A DNA stretch of 64,000 nucleotides, taken from Vulcanimicrobiota bacterium (GTDB lineage: Bacteria > Vulcanimicrobiota > Vulcanimicrobiia > Vulcanimicrobiales > Vulcanimicrobiaceae). How positions within the stretch are numbered: the stretch's first letter is position 1; every line of letters begins with the position of its first letter. The stretch spans positions 352,001 to 416,000 of the forward strand of contig CAWCIZ010000001.1 of the NCBI GenBank assembly GCA_963795855.1, written 5' to 3'. The notes under the pieces are model-generated. The model was not told the DNA's origin, made no database searches, and was given only the letters and a program-made list of their open reading frames with translations. A program made the position numbers and the translations under genes. Shown here one piece after another: positions 1-9,650 of this stretch.

Positions 1-2
1 CC

Positions 3-1667
3 GAGCAGTTTTTCTTACAATGCGACGCCGCGCTCCAAGGCGTTCTGCTCGATCTTTGCGTATTTGCCACCGTCGACGAACAGATCGCCGCGTTGGCGCC
101 GTGGCGCGATGCGTGGCCGCAACTGCAGCGTCTCGCTCGAGACGGTCAACTGCTCCTCATGCGGCAAGACGGTTCCATTCAGTTGCGCGAGGTGTTCCGC
201 CAATTTCTGGACGGCCGCCTGGCCCTGCGCGGTGAAGCCGCAGTGCGGCAGGCGTGTTCCGCCGCCGCGCACGTGCTCGAGTCGGGAGGGCGCGTCGCCG
301 AAGCGCTTCGCCTCTACGCGCGCGCCAAAGACGACGCGAAAATTCTCGAACTCTGCGAGGAACACGGCTTCGCGCTCGTCGACGAAGGGCGAATCGAAGA
401 TCTACTGCAGCAACTCGCGGTCATCGATCCGAAGGCGGCGAGCGAGCATCCCGCCGCGCTCTCGATCCACGCTATCGCCGAATCCAACGCGGGTCGCGAC
501 GACATCGCCGAGTCGTGGTATCTGCTCGCGATCGAGCGCGCCGACACCCCGCAATTGCGCGCAAAAATTGCGTACCGGTACGGGCTCGAATTGGTGCGGC
601 ACCGCCGCATGGACGGCGTCGCGATCCTCGAGCGCTACGTGGGCGCGGCACTCCCCGCGGACTTGGATGCATCGCTGCGCTCGACGCTGGCGACGGCGTA
701 CGTGTTGGGCGAACGCTTTGCGGACGCGGGGCGCATGATCGCGACGGCGCTCGCGCTGCTGGATGGGTCATCGTCGAGCCAACTGCGCGCCAAGGTGCTC
801 CACCACGCCGCGTGGGTGGCGCTCTTTACCGGAGAGGTTCAAGCCGCGAAAACGCAGGCGTCCGAAGCGGTGCGATTGGCTCTCGAGTGCGATATGTACG
901 AAATCGCGGCGCGCGCGTATTCCGTGCTCTACAACATTTCGTACGACGTCGAAGACGATCCGGAGCGCACGCGCGAAACGCTCGATCGCATTTGGGACTG
1001 CGGCCTCAAAGCGGGCAGCGCGCAGATGCGGTGGTTCGCCCTGCTCGGCAACATCGACATTTGCGCCGAGATGGGCGATCGCAGCGGCCTTGCGGGGATC
1101 GAAAAAGTGCTCGCGGCTCACGGCGTCGATTACGCCGAGCGCGGAACCAGCGAAGCGCTGTTGCCGGCGGAGGCGCTGATGCTTGCCGCGCGCGGCGAAT
1201 TCGCGCACGCGTACGAGATTATTTTTCCGACCGGCGAGCGGCAAGTCACTCCCGATCGGCGCGCGCTGCGTTTCTCGGAGATCGCGTTGTACGCTTCGGC
1301 CGCCGGTCTGGACGAGAAAGCCGATGCGGCGCTCAAAGAAGTGCAGGCCCAACTCCGCGAATGCGACGCTTCGTCACGCCGGGCGATCCGGGCGCAGCTG
1401 AATCGCGCACTAGCCGTGTACCTCGCCGGACGTCGCGCGGAAGCCGCCGAGATCATCGATTACGTCGGGCAGTTCTGCAACGAGATGTCTCCGCGGCTGC
1501 GCGCGCTGTACGACGCGGTTTTAGAGATATTCGCCCACTGGGATGGTGCCGAGAACTACGACCGCGTGTACGATACGCTCGCGCGCCTCAAGGCCGCGCA
1601 CTTCGGCGGCGTCGCCGCGGCGATCGCCGCGCTTCCATGCAGCAGAGAGCAGGTGTCGGTTGCATAA
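3..1667 (+). CDS. MalT-like regulator, winged-helix plus TPR-like helical region (5'-truncated; no C-terminal LuxR HTH)
   Basis: Frame is open from the window edge. EQFFLQCDAALQGVLLDLCVFATVD...LQRLARDGQLL...LREVFRQFL resembles the MalT/STAND post-ATPase segment and is followed by Ala/Leu-rich TPR-like repeats. Confidence 0.65.
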   Translation, partial: EQFFLQCDAALQGVLLDLCVFATVDEQIAALAPWRDAWPQLQRLARDGQLLLMRQDGSIQLREVFRQFLDGRLALRGEAAVRQACSAAAHVLESGGRVAEALRLYARAKDDAKILELCEEHGFALVDEGRIEDLLQQLAVIDPKAASEHPAALSIHAIAESNAGRDDIAESWYLLAIERADTPQLRAKIAYRYGLELVRHRRMDGVAILERYVGAALPADLDASLRSTLATAYVLGERFADAGRMIATALALLDGSSSSQLRAKVLHHAAWVALFTGEVQAAKTQASEAVRLALECDMYEIAARAYSVLYNISYDVEDDPERTRETLDRIWDCGLKAGSAQMRWFALLGNIDICAEMGDRSGLAGIEKVLAAHGVDYAERGTSEALLPAEALMLAARGEFAHAYEIIFPTGERQVTPDRRALRFSEIALYASAAGLDEKADAALKEVQAQLRECDASSRRAIRAQLNRALAVYLAGRRAEAAEIIDYVGQFCNEMSPRLRALYDAVLEIFAHWDGAENYDRVYDTLARLKAAHFGGVAAAIAALPCSREQVSVA

Positions 1668-2589
1668 CGAGTTGCTGCGCGAGAAAATCTCGCGCCGCGC
1701 GTTGTCTCGCGCGCTTCCGCCCGAGCACCGCTCCATTCTCGCCGAAGTCGTTGCGAAGCGCACTGCCGACCGTATCGTCGCATGGACGTCCGACAAGGAC
1801 GTGAGCCGCGTATTTTCATGGGTGGACTCGGTGCTGCACGATCATCCGCAGCAACGGCGCCTCTACGGCCTGCTATCGTCGACCGTGAGCGCCGCGCTGG
1901 ACGTTCTCTCGGAAGAAACCCGCGTTCCGGTGCAATTACGCTCGAATCTCACGAGCCTGCAGCAGCGCATCGACATACATGTCGGCGCGTACTGCGTGCA
2001 GAACCACGACGGCGTCCTGCAAACCGTCGACCCGGTCGACGCGCGAATCGACGAGTTGTTGCTGCGCTTGTCGACTCAGGACACGCTCACCGCGGAGCAC
2101 TCACGCTCGGTCGGCATGTGGTGCTGGCGCGTGGCCAAACGTCTCGACCTTTCGCGGAGCGAATCGTACATCGTGACGCGCAGCGGTTTGCTGCACGACA
2201 TCGGCAAGACGCTGACCCCGCTCGAGATCCTTATCGCGCCGCGCGCGCTCACCAACGATGAATGGGAGATTATGCGCCGCCACGCCGCCGAGGGCGAGCA
2301 GATGGTGCGGCAGTCGGCCGAACTGCATACGTTCGCGCCCGCAGTGCGCTCGCATCACGAGCGTTTCGACGGCCGCGGTTATCCGGATGGATTAGAGCGC
2401 GGCTCGATTCCATTCTCCGCGCGCATCGTTTCCGTGGCGGATGCATTCAATGCGATGATTGCCCGGCGTCCCTACCGGGCGCCCTTGCCCCCGACGCATG
2501 CCATCGAGGAGCTCAAACGAAACAGCGGGACCCAATTCGATCCCGCTGTCGTCGAAGCTATGATTGACGTGGTGCTTAGTGGCGGATAA
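1660..2589 (+). CDS. HD-GYP domain protein (putative c-di-GMP phosphodiesterase)
   Basis: Motifs EHSRSV, LLHDIGK, HHERFDGRGYPDGL, VADAFNAM, GTQFDP. TTG start overlaps the upstream stop. Confidence 0.9.
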   Translation: MHNELLREKISRRALSRALPPEHRSILAEVVAKRTADRIVAWTSDKDVSRVFSWVDSVLHDHPQQRRLYGLLSSTVSAALDVLSEETRVPVQLRSNLTSLQQRIDIHVGAYCVQNHDGVLQTVDPVDARIDELLLRLSTQDTLTAEHSRSVGMWCWRVAKRLDLSRSESYIVTRSGLLHDIGKTLTPLEILIAPRALTNDEWEIMRRHAAEGEQMVRQSAELHTFAPAVRSHHERFDGRGYPDGLERGSIPFSARIVSVADAFNAMIARRPYRAPLPPTHAIEELKRNSGTQFDPAVVEAMIDVVLSGG

Positions 2590-2893
2590 CCGACGAAATC
2601 CACCGCAAGTCGATCATCATCGGCGGAAGTCCCGCAACGCCGCTGATCATGACGAGCTTCGGAACGGCGCTCACGCTGTCCATCGGCTGAACTTTCGGCA
2701 CGGCACTGACGCTGTCCATCGGCTGAATCTTCGGCACGGCGCTGACGCTGTCCATCGGCTGAACTTTCGGCACGGCACTGACGCTGTCCATCGGCTGAAT
2801 CTTCGGCACGGCGCTCACGCTGTCGGCCATTGCCGGCGCTGCGGCGCAGACAACCGCGATTGTTCCAAAAATGAGGGTGCGATACGAAGTCAT
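2576..2893 (-). CDS. Small secreted tandem-repeat protein / putative peptide precursor (105 aa)
   Basis: GGAGG SD at 2899-2903. Sec-type signal MTSYRTLIFGTIAVVCAAAPAMA, then DSVSAVPK(I/V)QPM x4 plus DSVSAVPK. Repeat differences are mostly synonymous in this frame. Confidence 0.8.
   Translation of the reverse strand: MTSYRTLIFGTIAVVCAAAPAMADSVSAVPKIQPMDSVSAVPKVQPMDSVSAVPKIQPMDSVSAVPKVQPMDSVSAVPKLVMISGVAGLPPMMIDLRWISSVIRH
2657..2824 (-). repeat. 36-bp coding tandem repeat, 4 full units plus a 24-bp partial unit, alternating I/V variants
   Basis: GACAGCGT(G/C)AG(C/T)GCCGT(G/T)CCGAA(G/A)(A/G)TTCAGCCGATG repeated on the minus strand. Confidence 0.97.
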
Positions 2894-3009
2894 AACGGCC
2901 TCCCAGAGCAGCAAGAGCCAATTACTGAAATCGTAGCGGTTCAAGGGCGAAACGGCATCTCGCATGACGATCAGAAGTTTGCTTGCTATCGGGAGAGAAT
3001 CTATCAGAA

Positions 3010-3579
3010 ATGCTAGATAGAGCCCACGCTCTTGAAGCGGAAGATCAACGCGCTCCACTGCTTCCCGAACAAGCAGCAGTTCTTGCGCGGCGCGCCACGC
3101 CGACGCTGTTCGTCGTGGACCGTCAGTTGCGTGTGCTGTATTGGCGCGCCGATCCGTCGGAGAGGCGCAAGGACCTGCTGCCGCTCGAGAACGGCGGTTT
3201 GCCGCCACTGCTCGAGTACTCGCTGCTCAAGCTCTTCGCTCACGAGCATGCGAGCGCCGACGGCGTGCGCCGCGCCGGCGTGACCGGTTCCGTGGCGATC
3301 CGCGTGCTGGAACTCTGCGGCGGCGGCTCGGGAGCAGCCTATGCGGTTCTCGTCGAGCGCATCGGGGTTCGCGATCAGTTGCTCGCCGTCGCCTCCCGCT
3401 ACGGACTTTCGACGCGCGAACGGCAAGTGCTCAACCTCGTGGTAAAAGGGCTTCGGAACGAGGAGATCGCCGAGCACCTGTGCATCTCCAAATCGACTGC
3501 CATCTTTCACGTGAAGCAACTTTTGATCAAGACCAAGTCCCGGAACCGGACGGAGGTCGTCGCGAAGATCATTGGCTAG
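3010..3579 (+). CDS. LuxR-family HTH transcriptional regulator
   Basis: C-terminal LSTRERQVLNLVVKGLRNEEIAEHLCISKSTAIFHVKQLLIK. No receiver domain. Confidence 0.9.
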   Translation: MLDRAHALEAEDQRAPLLPEQAAVLARRATPTLFVVDRQLRVLYWRADPSERRKDLLPLENGGLPPLLEYSLLKLFAHEHASADGVRRAGVTGSVAIRVLELCGGGSGAAYAVLVERIGVRDQLLAVASRYGLSTRERQVLNLVVKGLRNEEIAEHLCISKSTAIFHVKQLLIKTKSRNRTEVVAKIIG

Positions 3580-4255
3580 CGCCGTTCGCGCGATCGGCTT
3601 CGACTTCGACCACACGCTCGGGATTGACAACAAACTCGAGCGTGTCGCATTTTTGCGGTTGCTCGAGCGCGCGTGCACGATAGGCGGACGCTGCATCGGA
3701 ACGCTCGCGGACGAAATCGTTCGCATCGACGCACTGCTGGCACGACAGCGTTCCGGCGGCTTTACGATAGAAGATGCCGTGCAACGCTTCGTAAGCGAGC
3801 GCGGCGTGAGCGATCCACGCCCGTTCGTTGACGAATACAAACGCATGGCGGTGCAGATGGTCGACTCGTTCGTCATACCCGAGCCGGGCGCGCCGGAAAT
3901 CCTTGCGGAGTTCCGCGCCCGCGGCATTCCGTGCGCCATACTGACGAACGGGTGGTCTCCGCTTCAGCAGCGCAAGGCGCAGCGGGTCGGATTCGAGGGG
4001 CCTGTGCTGGTGAGCGCGGACCTCGGCGTGCAAAAGCCGGATGCGCGCGCCTTCGCGCTCCTCGCGCAGACGCTCGAAACGCCATCGGAGTGCGTCGCCT
4101 ACGTCGGCGACGCGCCGGACACCGACGTCGCAGCCGCACTTGCGGCCGGAATGCGCGGCGTGTGGTTGGACGCGGAAGGCGCGGCGTATCCGCCTCGGTT
4201 GCCGCCGCCCTCGGCCGTCATACACGGTCTCACGGAACTTTCGGCACTCGTGTAG
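3572..4255 (+). CDS. HAD-family hydrolase
   Basis: FDFDHTL motif I, LTNG, KPD, YVGD...TDV. Confidence 0.88.
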   Translation: MASAVRAIGFDFDHTLGIDNKLERVAFLRLLERACTIGGRCIGTLADEIVRIDALLARQRSGGFTIEDAVQRFVSERGVSDPRPFVDEYKRMAVQMVDSFVIPEPGAPEILAEFRARGIPCAILTNGWSPLQQRKAQRVGFEGPVLVSADLGVQKPDARAFALLAQTLETPSECVAYVGDAPDTDVAAALAAGMRGVWLDAEGAAYPPRLPPPSAVIHGLTELSALV

Positions 4256-4266
4256 AATGGCCGCGC

Positions 4267-4815
4267 GTGCCGAAGATCACTGGTGGAAACTTGGGCAGCC
4301 GCAAGCTGAAGTCACCCAAGGGAATGAACGTGCGCCCGACTCCGGGCCGGGTCAAAGAGTCGCTATTCTCGATTCTGCAAACGCGAATCGCGGGTTCGCG
4401 GTTCCTCGATCTGTTTTCCGGCACCGGCGCGATCGCGTTCGAAGCGGCCTCGCGCGGCGCCGCCAAGGTGGTGTGCGTCGAAGGCCACCGCGAAACCGCT
4501 GAAGCCATCGGCGAGGCCGCCGAACAGTTCGGCGTGGCCGATCGCATTGAAGTCGTCTCGGCGCCGGTCGACCGCGCGCTCTATCGTCTGGACGGCCGGT
4601 TCGATATCGTGTACGCCGACCCGCCCTATGCGCAAGAGATTCCGCTGCAGATGTTCCGTCTGCTGCTCGAGCGCAAGTTGCTCGCGGAAGACGCCTTGGT
4701 CATCTTCGAACATAGCGCTCGCACGATTCTTCCGGAGATACCGGGGTACCGCGGCGTTCGTGAAGAAGTCTACGGCGATGTCGCTTTGGCATTCTTCACT
4801 CCCCAACGCGTATAA
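4267..4815 (+). CDS. rsmD: 16S rRNA m2G966 methyltransferase
   Basis: ITGG...RPT..RVKESLF, LDLFSGTGAIAFEAASRGA, DPPY. Lies upstream of coaD. Confidence 0.92.
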   Translation: MPKITGGNLGSRKLKSPKGMNVRPTPGRVKESLFSILQTRIAGSRFLDLFSGTGAIAFEAASRGAAKVVCVEGHRETAEAIGEAAEQFGVADRIEVVSAPVDRALYRLDGRFDIVYADPPYAQEIPLQMFRLLLERKLLAEDALVIFEHSARTILPEIPGYRGVREEVYGDVALAFFTPQRV

Positions 4816-4828
4816 CACGTTGGGCCGC

Positions 4829-5317
4829 GTGCCTCGCGCCATCTATCCCGGCTCGTTCGACCCTCCCACGAACGGCCATCTCGACGTGATCGAACGCGCG
4901 TCGAAGTATTTCAGCGAGTTGATCGTCGCCGTCGTCGTCAACCCGCAAAAGCGCGAACCGATGTTTACGCTCCGAGAGCGTGAGGAAATGATTCGCGAAT
5001 GCGTGGAACGGCTGCCCAACGTCCGCGTCGAGAATTTTCGCGGATTGCTGGCGGACTACGTGAAAGCTCAGGAAGCGGACGTCATCGTCAAAGGCCTGCG
5101 CGTCGTCTCGGATTTCGAAAGCGAGATGTCGACGGCATTGATGAACCGGGCGCTGTCCAACGTCGATACGATGTTTTTGATGTCCGATCAAAAATATTCG
5201 TTCGTCAGTTCGAGCATCGTCAAGGAAGTGTTCTTCCTTGGCGGAGACGTCGGGGCGCTGGTCCCCGATCCGGTCATGCGGGTCATGGCTACCAAACGAG
5301 AGACACTGCGAAAGTAA
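4829..5317 (+). CDS. coaD: Pantetheine-phosphate adenylyltransferase
   Basis: AIYPGSFDPPTNGHLDVI, KGLRVVSDFESE, SSSIVKEV. Confidence 0.96.
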   Translation: MPRAIYPGSFDPPTNGHLDVIERASKYFSELIVAVVVNPQKREPMFTLREREEMIRECVERLPNVRVENFRGLLADYVKAQEADVIVKGLRVVSDFESEMSTALMNRALSNVDTMFLMSDQKYSFVSSSIVKEVFFLGGDVGALVPDPVMRVMATKRETLRK

Positions 5318-5345
5318 GCGAACTATAAACGGGAGGCTACAGCAC

Positions 5346-5905
5346 ATGTCGGTTTATCGCGTTCTGGAAAAGCTCGAGGGTTACGTGCAGGAAGGCACGT
5401 GGCTGCCCGCAGGCTACCGCATTTTGAGCGAAGAGCGGCTCGTCGAGTTCATCGAGAAAATCCGCGCCTCGCTTCCGGAGGAAGTGGGACGAGCAAGATT
5501 ATCGCCAAGGATCAAGAGCGCATGATTCGCGCCGCGCAAGAGAAGGCGCAAGCGATCGTCACGGAGGCGACGTCGAAGCATCAGGAACTCGTCGACGATC
5601 ACGAGATCGTGGATCGCGCGCGTAAAACTGCGGACACGGTACTTCGCGAAGCGGAAGAACGCGCGCGGAAAGTGCGCGAAGGCGCCGATCAGTACGCGAC
5701 GCAGTTGCTCGGCGAGCTCGAGGCGCGCCTATCCGGCGCGCTCGGATCCGTGAGAAAAGGGCGAGAAGCGCTCGCTCCTCGACCGCCCGCGTCCCGTCCG
5801 CCGGCGCCGCTCGCCGAAGCTGCTGCTAAAAGCAAACGAGCCGCGTTCGATGCACAGGCCTCGGAAGAAACGGCCGCTCTGGAGTCGGTAGAACTGGTAC
5901 AATAG
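5346..5905 (+). CDS. Coiled-coil DivIVA/ATPase-subunit-like protein typical downstream of coaD (frameshift near 5490)
   Basis: MSVYRVLEKLE...IRASLPEEV continues in another frame as KIIAKDQERMIRAAQEKAQ...GADQYA. Confidence 0.7.
5895..5903 (+). promoter_or_regulatory. Extended -10 promoter element (TGGTACAAT), likely leaderless transcript
   Basis: TGn-TACAAT lies 6 nt upstream of the GTG at 5910, with no SD in between. Confidence 0.5.
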
Positions 5906-5909
5906 CGGT

Positions 5910-6890
5910 GTGACGCGACTCACGCCGGCTCGTAACCGGTTTCGCCTTTACGTTGCGGCCGCCGTGTTGGCGGCCGTGGCGTCGTTCGCGCCGACGCCGT
6001 ATTCGCTGATGCTGCCCGGGCGCGCGGTCGATTTGCGCGGCGTCGTCAGCGTCGCGCGGCACGCCGCCCCGCGAACGCCGTTTTTCCTGACCGACGTTCG
6101 GTTCGCATCGCACGTAACGCCGTTGCAACTGCTTGCCGCGATGCTTCCCGGCGCCACGATTCTGCGCACGCAGCAGATCGTGCCCGGCAGCATGACCGCC
6201 GTCGAGTATGAAGGCGTCGAACGCGAAGCGATGAGCGAGAGCCAGTCGATCGCGGCGGTCGTCGCCGAGCGCGCCGCGGGACTCAAAGTACCGTATCCGC
6301 GATCGCGCGTGCTCGTCGTGTATTTTTCACCTGCGTCTCGCGCGTCCAAGGCGCTCCGGCCGCTCGACATGCTCGTTGCGCTCAACGGGCATCCAATCGC
6401 TTCGAACGTCGACGTGATTCACGCGCTCGCAGGCGTGCGTCCCGGTACGGACGTGCGCATGACCGTGGTCCGCCGCGGAAACGATCTCGTGGTCAATGTG
6501 CCGACCATGCGTTACGGCGATCGCACGGCGCTCGGCGCATACCTCACGACCATTTACCAGCGTCCGCAGATTCCGGTCGCGGTAACGTTTCATCTTCCGG
6601 ATGTTTCCGGCAGCTCGGGGGGACTGATGTTTGCCCTGGACATTTACCGGCGCCTTCGCCCCCACGTGCTGCACGTTGCCGAACCCGTCGCCGGCACCGG
6701 CACGATCGCGTATGACGGCAGCGTCGGCCCCATTGAAGGCGCGCCGCAAAAAGTTATCGCCGCGCGGCGCGCGGGCGCGAAAATCTTTCTCGTGCCGCGG
6801 GAGAATTACAACGAAGTCGCGCGCACTAGCGGGATTCGCGTCATCCCGGTCGCGACGTTCCGGCAGGCGCTGCGCGCGCTCGATCGTTAA
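5910..6890 (+). CDS. YlbL-like PDZ/Lon (S16) protease
   Basis: N-terminal TM, PDZ-like middle, SGSSGGLMFAL, AGTGTI...VGPIEG..QKVIAA. Confidence 0.88.
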   Translation: MTRLTPARNRFRLYVAAAVLAAVASFAPTPYSLMLPGRAVDLRGVVSVARHAAPRTPFFLTDVRFASHVTPLQLLAAMLPGATILRTQQIVPGSMTAVEYEGVEREAMSESQSIAAVVAERAAGLKVPYPRSRVLVVYFSPASRASKALRPLDMLVALNGHPIASNVDVIHALAGVRPGTDVRMTVVRRGNDLVVNVPTMRYGDRTALGAYLTTIYQRPQIPVAVTFHLPDVSGSSGGLMFALDIYRRLRPHVLHVAEPVAGTGTIAYDGSVGPIEGAPQKVIAARRAGAKIFLVPRENYNEVARTSGIRVIPVATFRQALRALDR

Positions 6891-7835
6891 ACGGGCGGTG
6901 CTTGAACGTTCTGCGCAAACGCGTCCAAGCGGGCGCGATCGATCGCTTTGACGCGGCCGCGATCCAACTCTACCGCGCCGGCGTTCTTCAGACGCAGTAA
7001 AGCGCGAGCGGCCATGTCGCGCACGGTGCCGGCGGCAGCCGCGATTTGCGCCTGCGAAAGATTTTCGACGCCCGGAAGGCCGCGCGTCATCCCGACGGAC
7101 GCGCGCGCGTAGCCGAGCAAGAACTTCGCGACGCGCTGCAGCACGTGCGCGAACGCCAAATCGGAGATCGTATCGATGGAACGGCGGCGCCCCTGCGAGG
7201 CGGCCGCCAAAAATCCGAGGGCGAGTTCGGAGTCGTTGCGGCACGCGTGCAGCACCGCTTCGCTGGGAAGCGTGACGATCGTCGCGTCGGTAAGCGCTTC
7301 CGCACGCGTGGTAGCGCCGCCCTGATCGAACGCGCCGGAATCGTTGAGCATGTCGTGCGTGAGTCGCTCGCCTAGCGTGTGCGTTTTTCCGTCCGGGGAA
7401 AGCAGCGTGAGAATCGCTTTGCCGTGCTTGACGATGCCCAGGTACGGCCACATCTCGCCTTCGTCGAAGATCGTTTCGCCGGCTTTGAACGTTCGTTCGC
7501 TCATCTGCCCGGCGAGATCGCGCGTGGTGCTGCTCTTCGCGGTCGCAAACGGCGGAACGTGCTGCGAGAAACGCCTCGCCTTCCGCGTTTTCGTCGATCC
7601 GTTCCAAGCGGACCGTCCAGCGGTTCGAACCCAAGTTGCGCGCATCCCACGAGAACTTGCCGGGGCGCAGCTGCGTGATTTCGTTTCGAAGCGCGCGCGG
7701 ATCGGTCTCCTCGTTGATTTCGAGGACCGCGCCCACTGTCAGTTTGTCGAAGGCGTCGAGAATCTGCTCGGTCTTGGTCGCAGGCGGAAGCGAGCGGGCA
7801 TCAAGCGTGATGGCCGCGGGACGGTTCATAGGCAT
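6887..7835 (-). CDS. Crp/Fnr regulator with N-terminal DUF2249-like domain (frameshift near 7570)
   Basis: N-terminus LDARSLPPATKTEQILDAFDKL...DPRAL. The cNMP-binding domain and HTH (LSQAQIAAAAGTVRDMAARAL) are in a second frame. Confidence 0.8.
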
Positions 7836-7897
7836 CGGGCCGTTGGTTCCCTGCGGGAGCGGGAAACCCCGCCTGACCCGGCGATAGTTGTAATCCC

Positions 7898-9109
7898 ATG
7901 TCCATCCCCATTTCCGACACCGACGTAGTCGTCATCGCCGGCGCCCGCACGCCGTTCGGCAACTTCGGCGGCGTGTTGTCAAGCCTTTCGGCCACCGACC
8001 TTGCGGTGCATGCGGCGCAAGCCGTTCTCCAGCGGAGCGGCGTTCCGAAAGAGCGCATCGACGACGTCGTCTTCGGCAACGTCATGCAGACCAGCGCCGA
8101 CGCGATCTATCTCGCGCGGCATGTGGGTCTTCGGTCCGGCATCCCGATCGGCGTTCCCGCGCTTACGTTGAACCGTTTGTGCGGCAGCGGGCTGCAAGCG
8201 ATTCTGACTGCAGCGAATGCGCTGCGTTTGGGTCAGAGCACGTACGCGCTCGCGGGCGGCACCGAGTCGATGAGCCAAGCGCCGCACGTCGTGCGCGGTG
8301 CGCGGAACGGCTTCCCGCTCGGCTCGAGCGTGAAATTCGAAGACACGCTGTGGGAAGCGCTGACCGACTCGTACAACGGCTTGCCGATGGCGATCACCGC
8401 GGAAAACCTCGCGGAACGCTATGCCGTGCCGCGTGAAGCGTGCGATGAGTTTGCGCTGCAATCGCAAGAAGGCGCGCTGCAAGCGCAAGGCGACGGCTAT
8501 TTCGCCGAAGAGATCGCTCCAATCGAGATCAAAGATCGAAAAGGCGCAATCACTGCAATCGATCGCGACGAAGGACCGCGCGCCGGTTTATCGATGGAAA
8601 AACTTTCGAAACTGCCGCCCCGCTTCCGTAAGGACGGCGTCGTTACGCCGGGCAACGCGAGCGGTATCACCGACGGTGCGGCAGCCGTCGTGCTTACGAC
8701 GGTGAAGCAAGCCAAAGCGGATGGATTGACGTGGATCGGCCGGCTCGCGGGCGCGAGCGTCGTCGGCGTCGATCCGGACGTCATGGGCATCGGCCCCGCC
8801 GTCGCGATTCCGAAAGCGCTGCAGGACGCAAACGTGAAATTGAACGACGTGAAGGTCATCGAAATCAATGAGGCTTTTGCGCCGCAAGTGCTCGCATGCC
8901 TCAAGGAAATGAGAATCGCGCGGGGCGACGGTGCGCGAATCAACCCGCACGGCGGCGCGATCGCTCTCGGGCATCCGCTCGGCGCGTCCGGTGCGCGGAT
9001 CGCGTATACGGCGATGCACGAGTTGCGGCAAAACGGCGGCGGCTTCGCAGTCGCGTCCGCCTGCATCGGAGGCGGCCAAGGCATCGCGGCGGTCTTCACC
9101 GCGGAGTAA
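7898..9109 (+). CDS. Acetyl-CoA C-acyltransferase (thiolase)
   Basis: NRLCGSG, NEAFA, GHPLGASG, CIGGGQG. Confidence 0.96.
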   Translation: MSIPISDTDVVVIAGARTPFGNFGGVLSSLSATDLAVHAAQAVLQRSGVPKERIDDVVFGNVMQTSADAIYLARHVGLRSGIPIGVPALTLNRLCGSGLQAILTAANALRLGQSTYALAGGTESMSQAPHVVRGARNGFPLGSSVKFEDTLWEALTDSYNGLPMAITAENLAERYAVPREACDEFALQSQEGALQAQGDGYFAEEIAPIEIKDRKGAITAIDRDEGPRAGLSMEKLSKLPPRFRKDGVVTPGNASGITDGAAAVVLTTVKQAKADGLTWIGRLAGASVVGVDPDVMGIGPAVAIPKALQDANVKLNDVKVIEINEAFAPQVLACLKEMRIARGDGARINPHGGAIALGHPLGASGARIAYTAMHELRQNGGGFAVASACIGGGQGIAAVFTAE

Positions 9110-9110
9110 C

Positions 9111-9650
9111 ATGAACGATCGACCCTCCAAGCGGCCATGGTTCACGCTTTCCCGCGCCTTGGATGCTCTCGCCGTGCTCCTCGTGCTGTTCGTGGCGTAC
9201 CGGATCTTCGTCGCGCCGCGGTATCTGAGCACTCGCAACGCGCACCCGGCGCCGCGTGTCGTCTATCAAACGCTGGACGGAAAGCCGTTCGCGCTCGCGC
9301 AGCAGCACGGACGCGTCGTGTTTCTCGATTTCTGGGCGTCTTGGTGCGAGCCGTGTAAGCTTTCGCTGCCGATGGTCGAAAAGTTCGCCCGTTCTCATCC
9401 GAAAGTGGAGGTCGTTCCGGTCGACGTCGGCGAGCCGCGGGACGTGGTCGCCGCATTTGCGCGCTCTCACGCCATGCAAAACGTGGCGCTGGATCCCAAG
9501 ACGCTTTCACAAGGCTTTTTTCAAATCGAAGGCTTCCCGACGATGGTCGTGATCGATCCGCAAGGCCGCATCCGCGCAACCTGGACCGGCTTCAATCCGG
9601 CCATCGCCGCGAACATGGCGCACGCCGAACGGGTTCTTTCATCGTCGTGA
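9111..9650 (+). CDS. TlpA/ResA-like thiol-disulfide oxidoreductase
   Basis: N-terminal TM, FWASWCEPC, GFPT. Confidence 0.9.
   Translation: MNDRPSKRPWFTLSRALDALAVLLVLFVAYRIFVAPRYLSTRNAHPAPRVVYQTLDGKPFALAQQHGRVVFLDFWASWCEPCKLSLPMVEKFARSHPKVEVVPVDVGEPRDVVAAFARSHAMQNVALDPKTLSQGFFQIEGFPTMVVIDPQGRIRATWTGFNPAIAANMAHAERVLSSS

Noticed and set aside
2657..2824. 36-bp repeats as a CRISPR array
   Set aside because: The repeats are contiguous with no spacers, vary synonymously within an ORF, and no cas genes are present.
2564..3016. Plus-strand repeat ORF (HRLNFRHGTDAV)
   Set aside because: It is the antisense shadow. The minus frame has the SD, the signal peptide and the synonymous variation.
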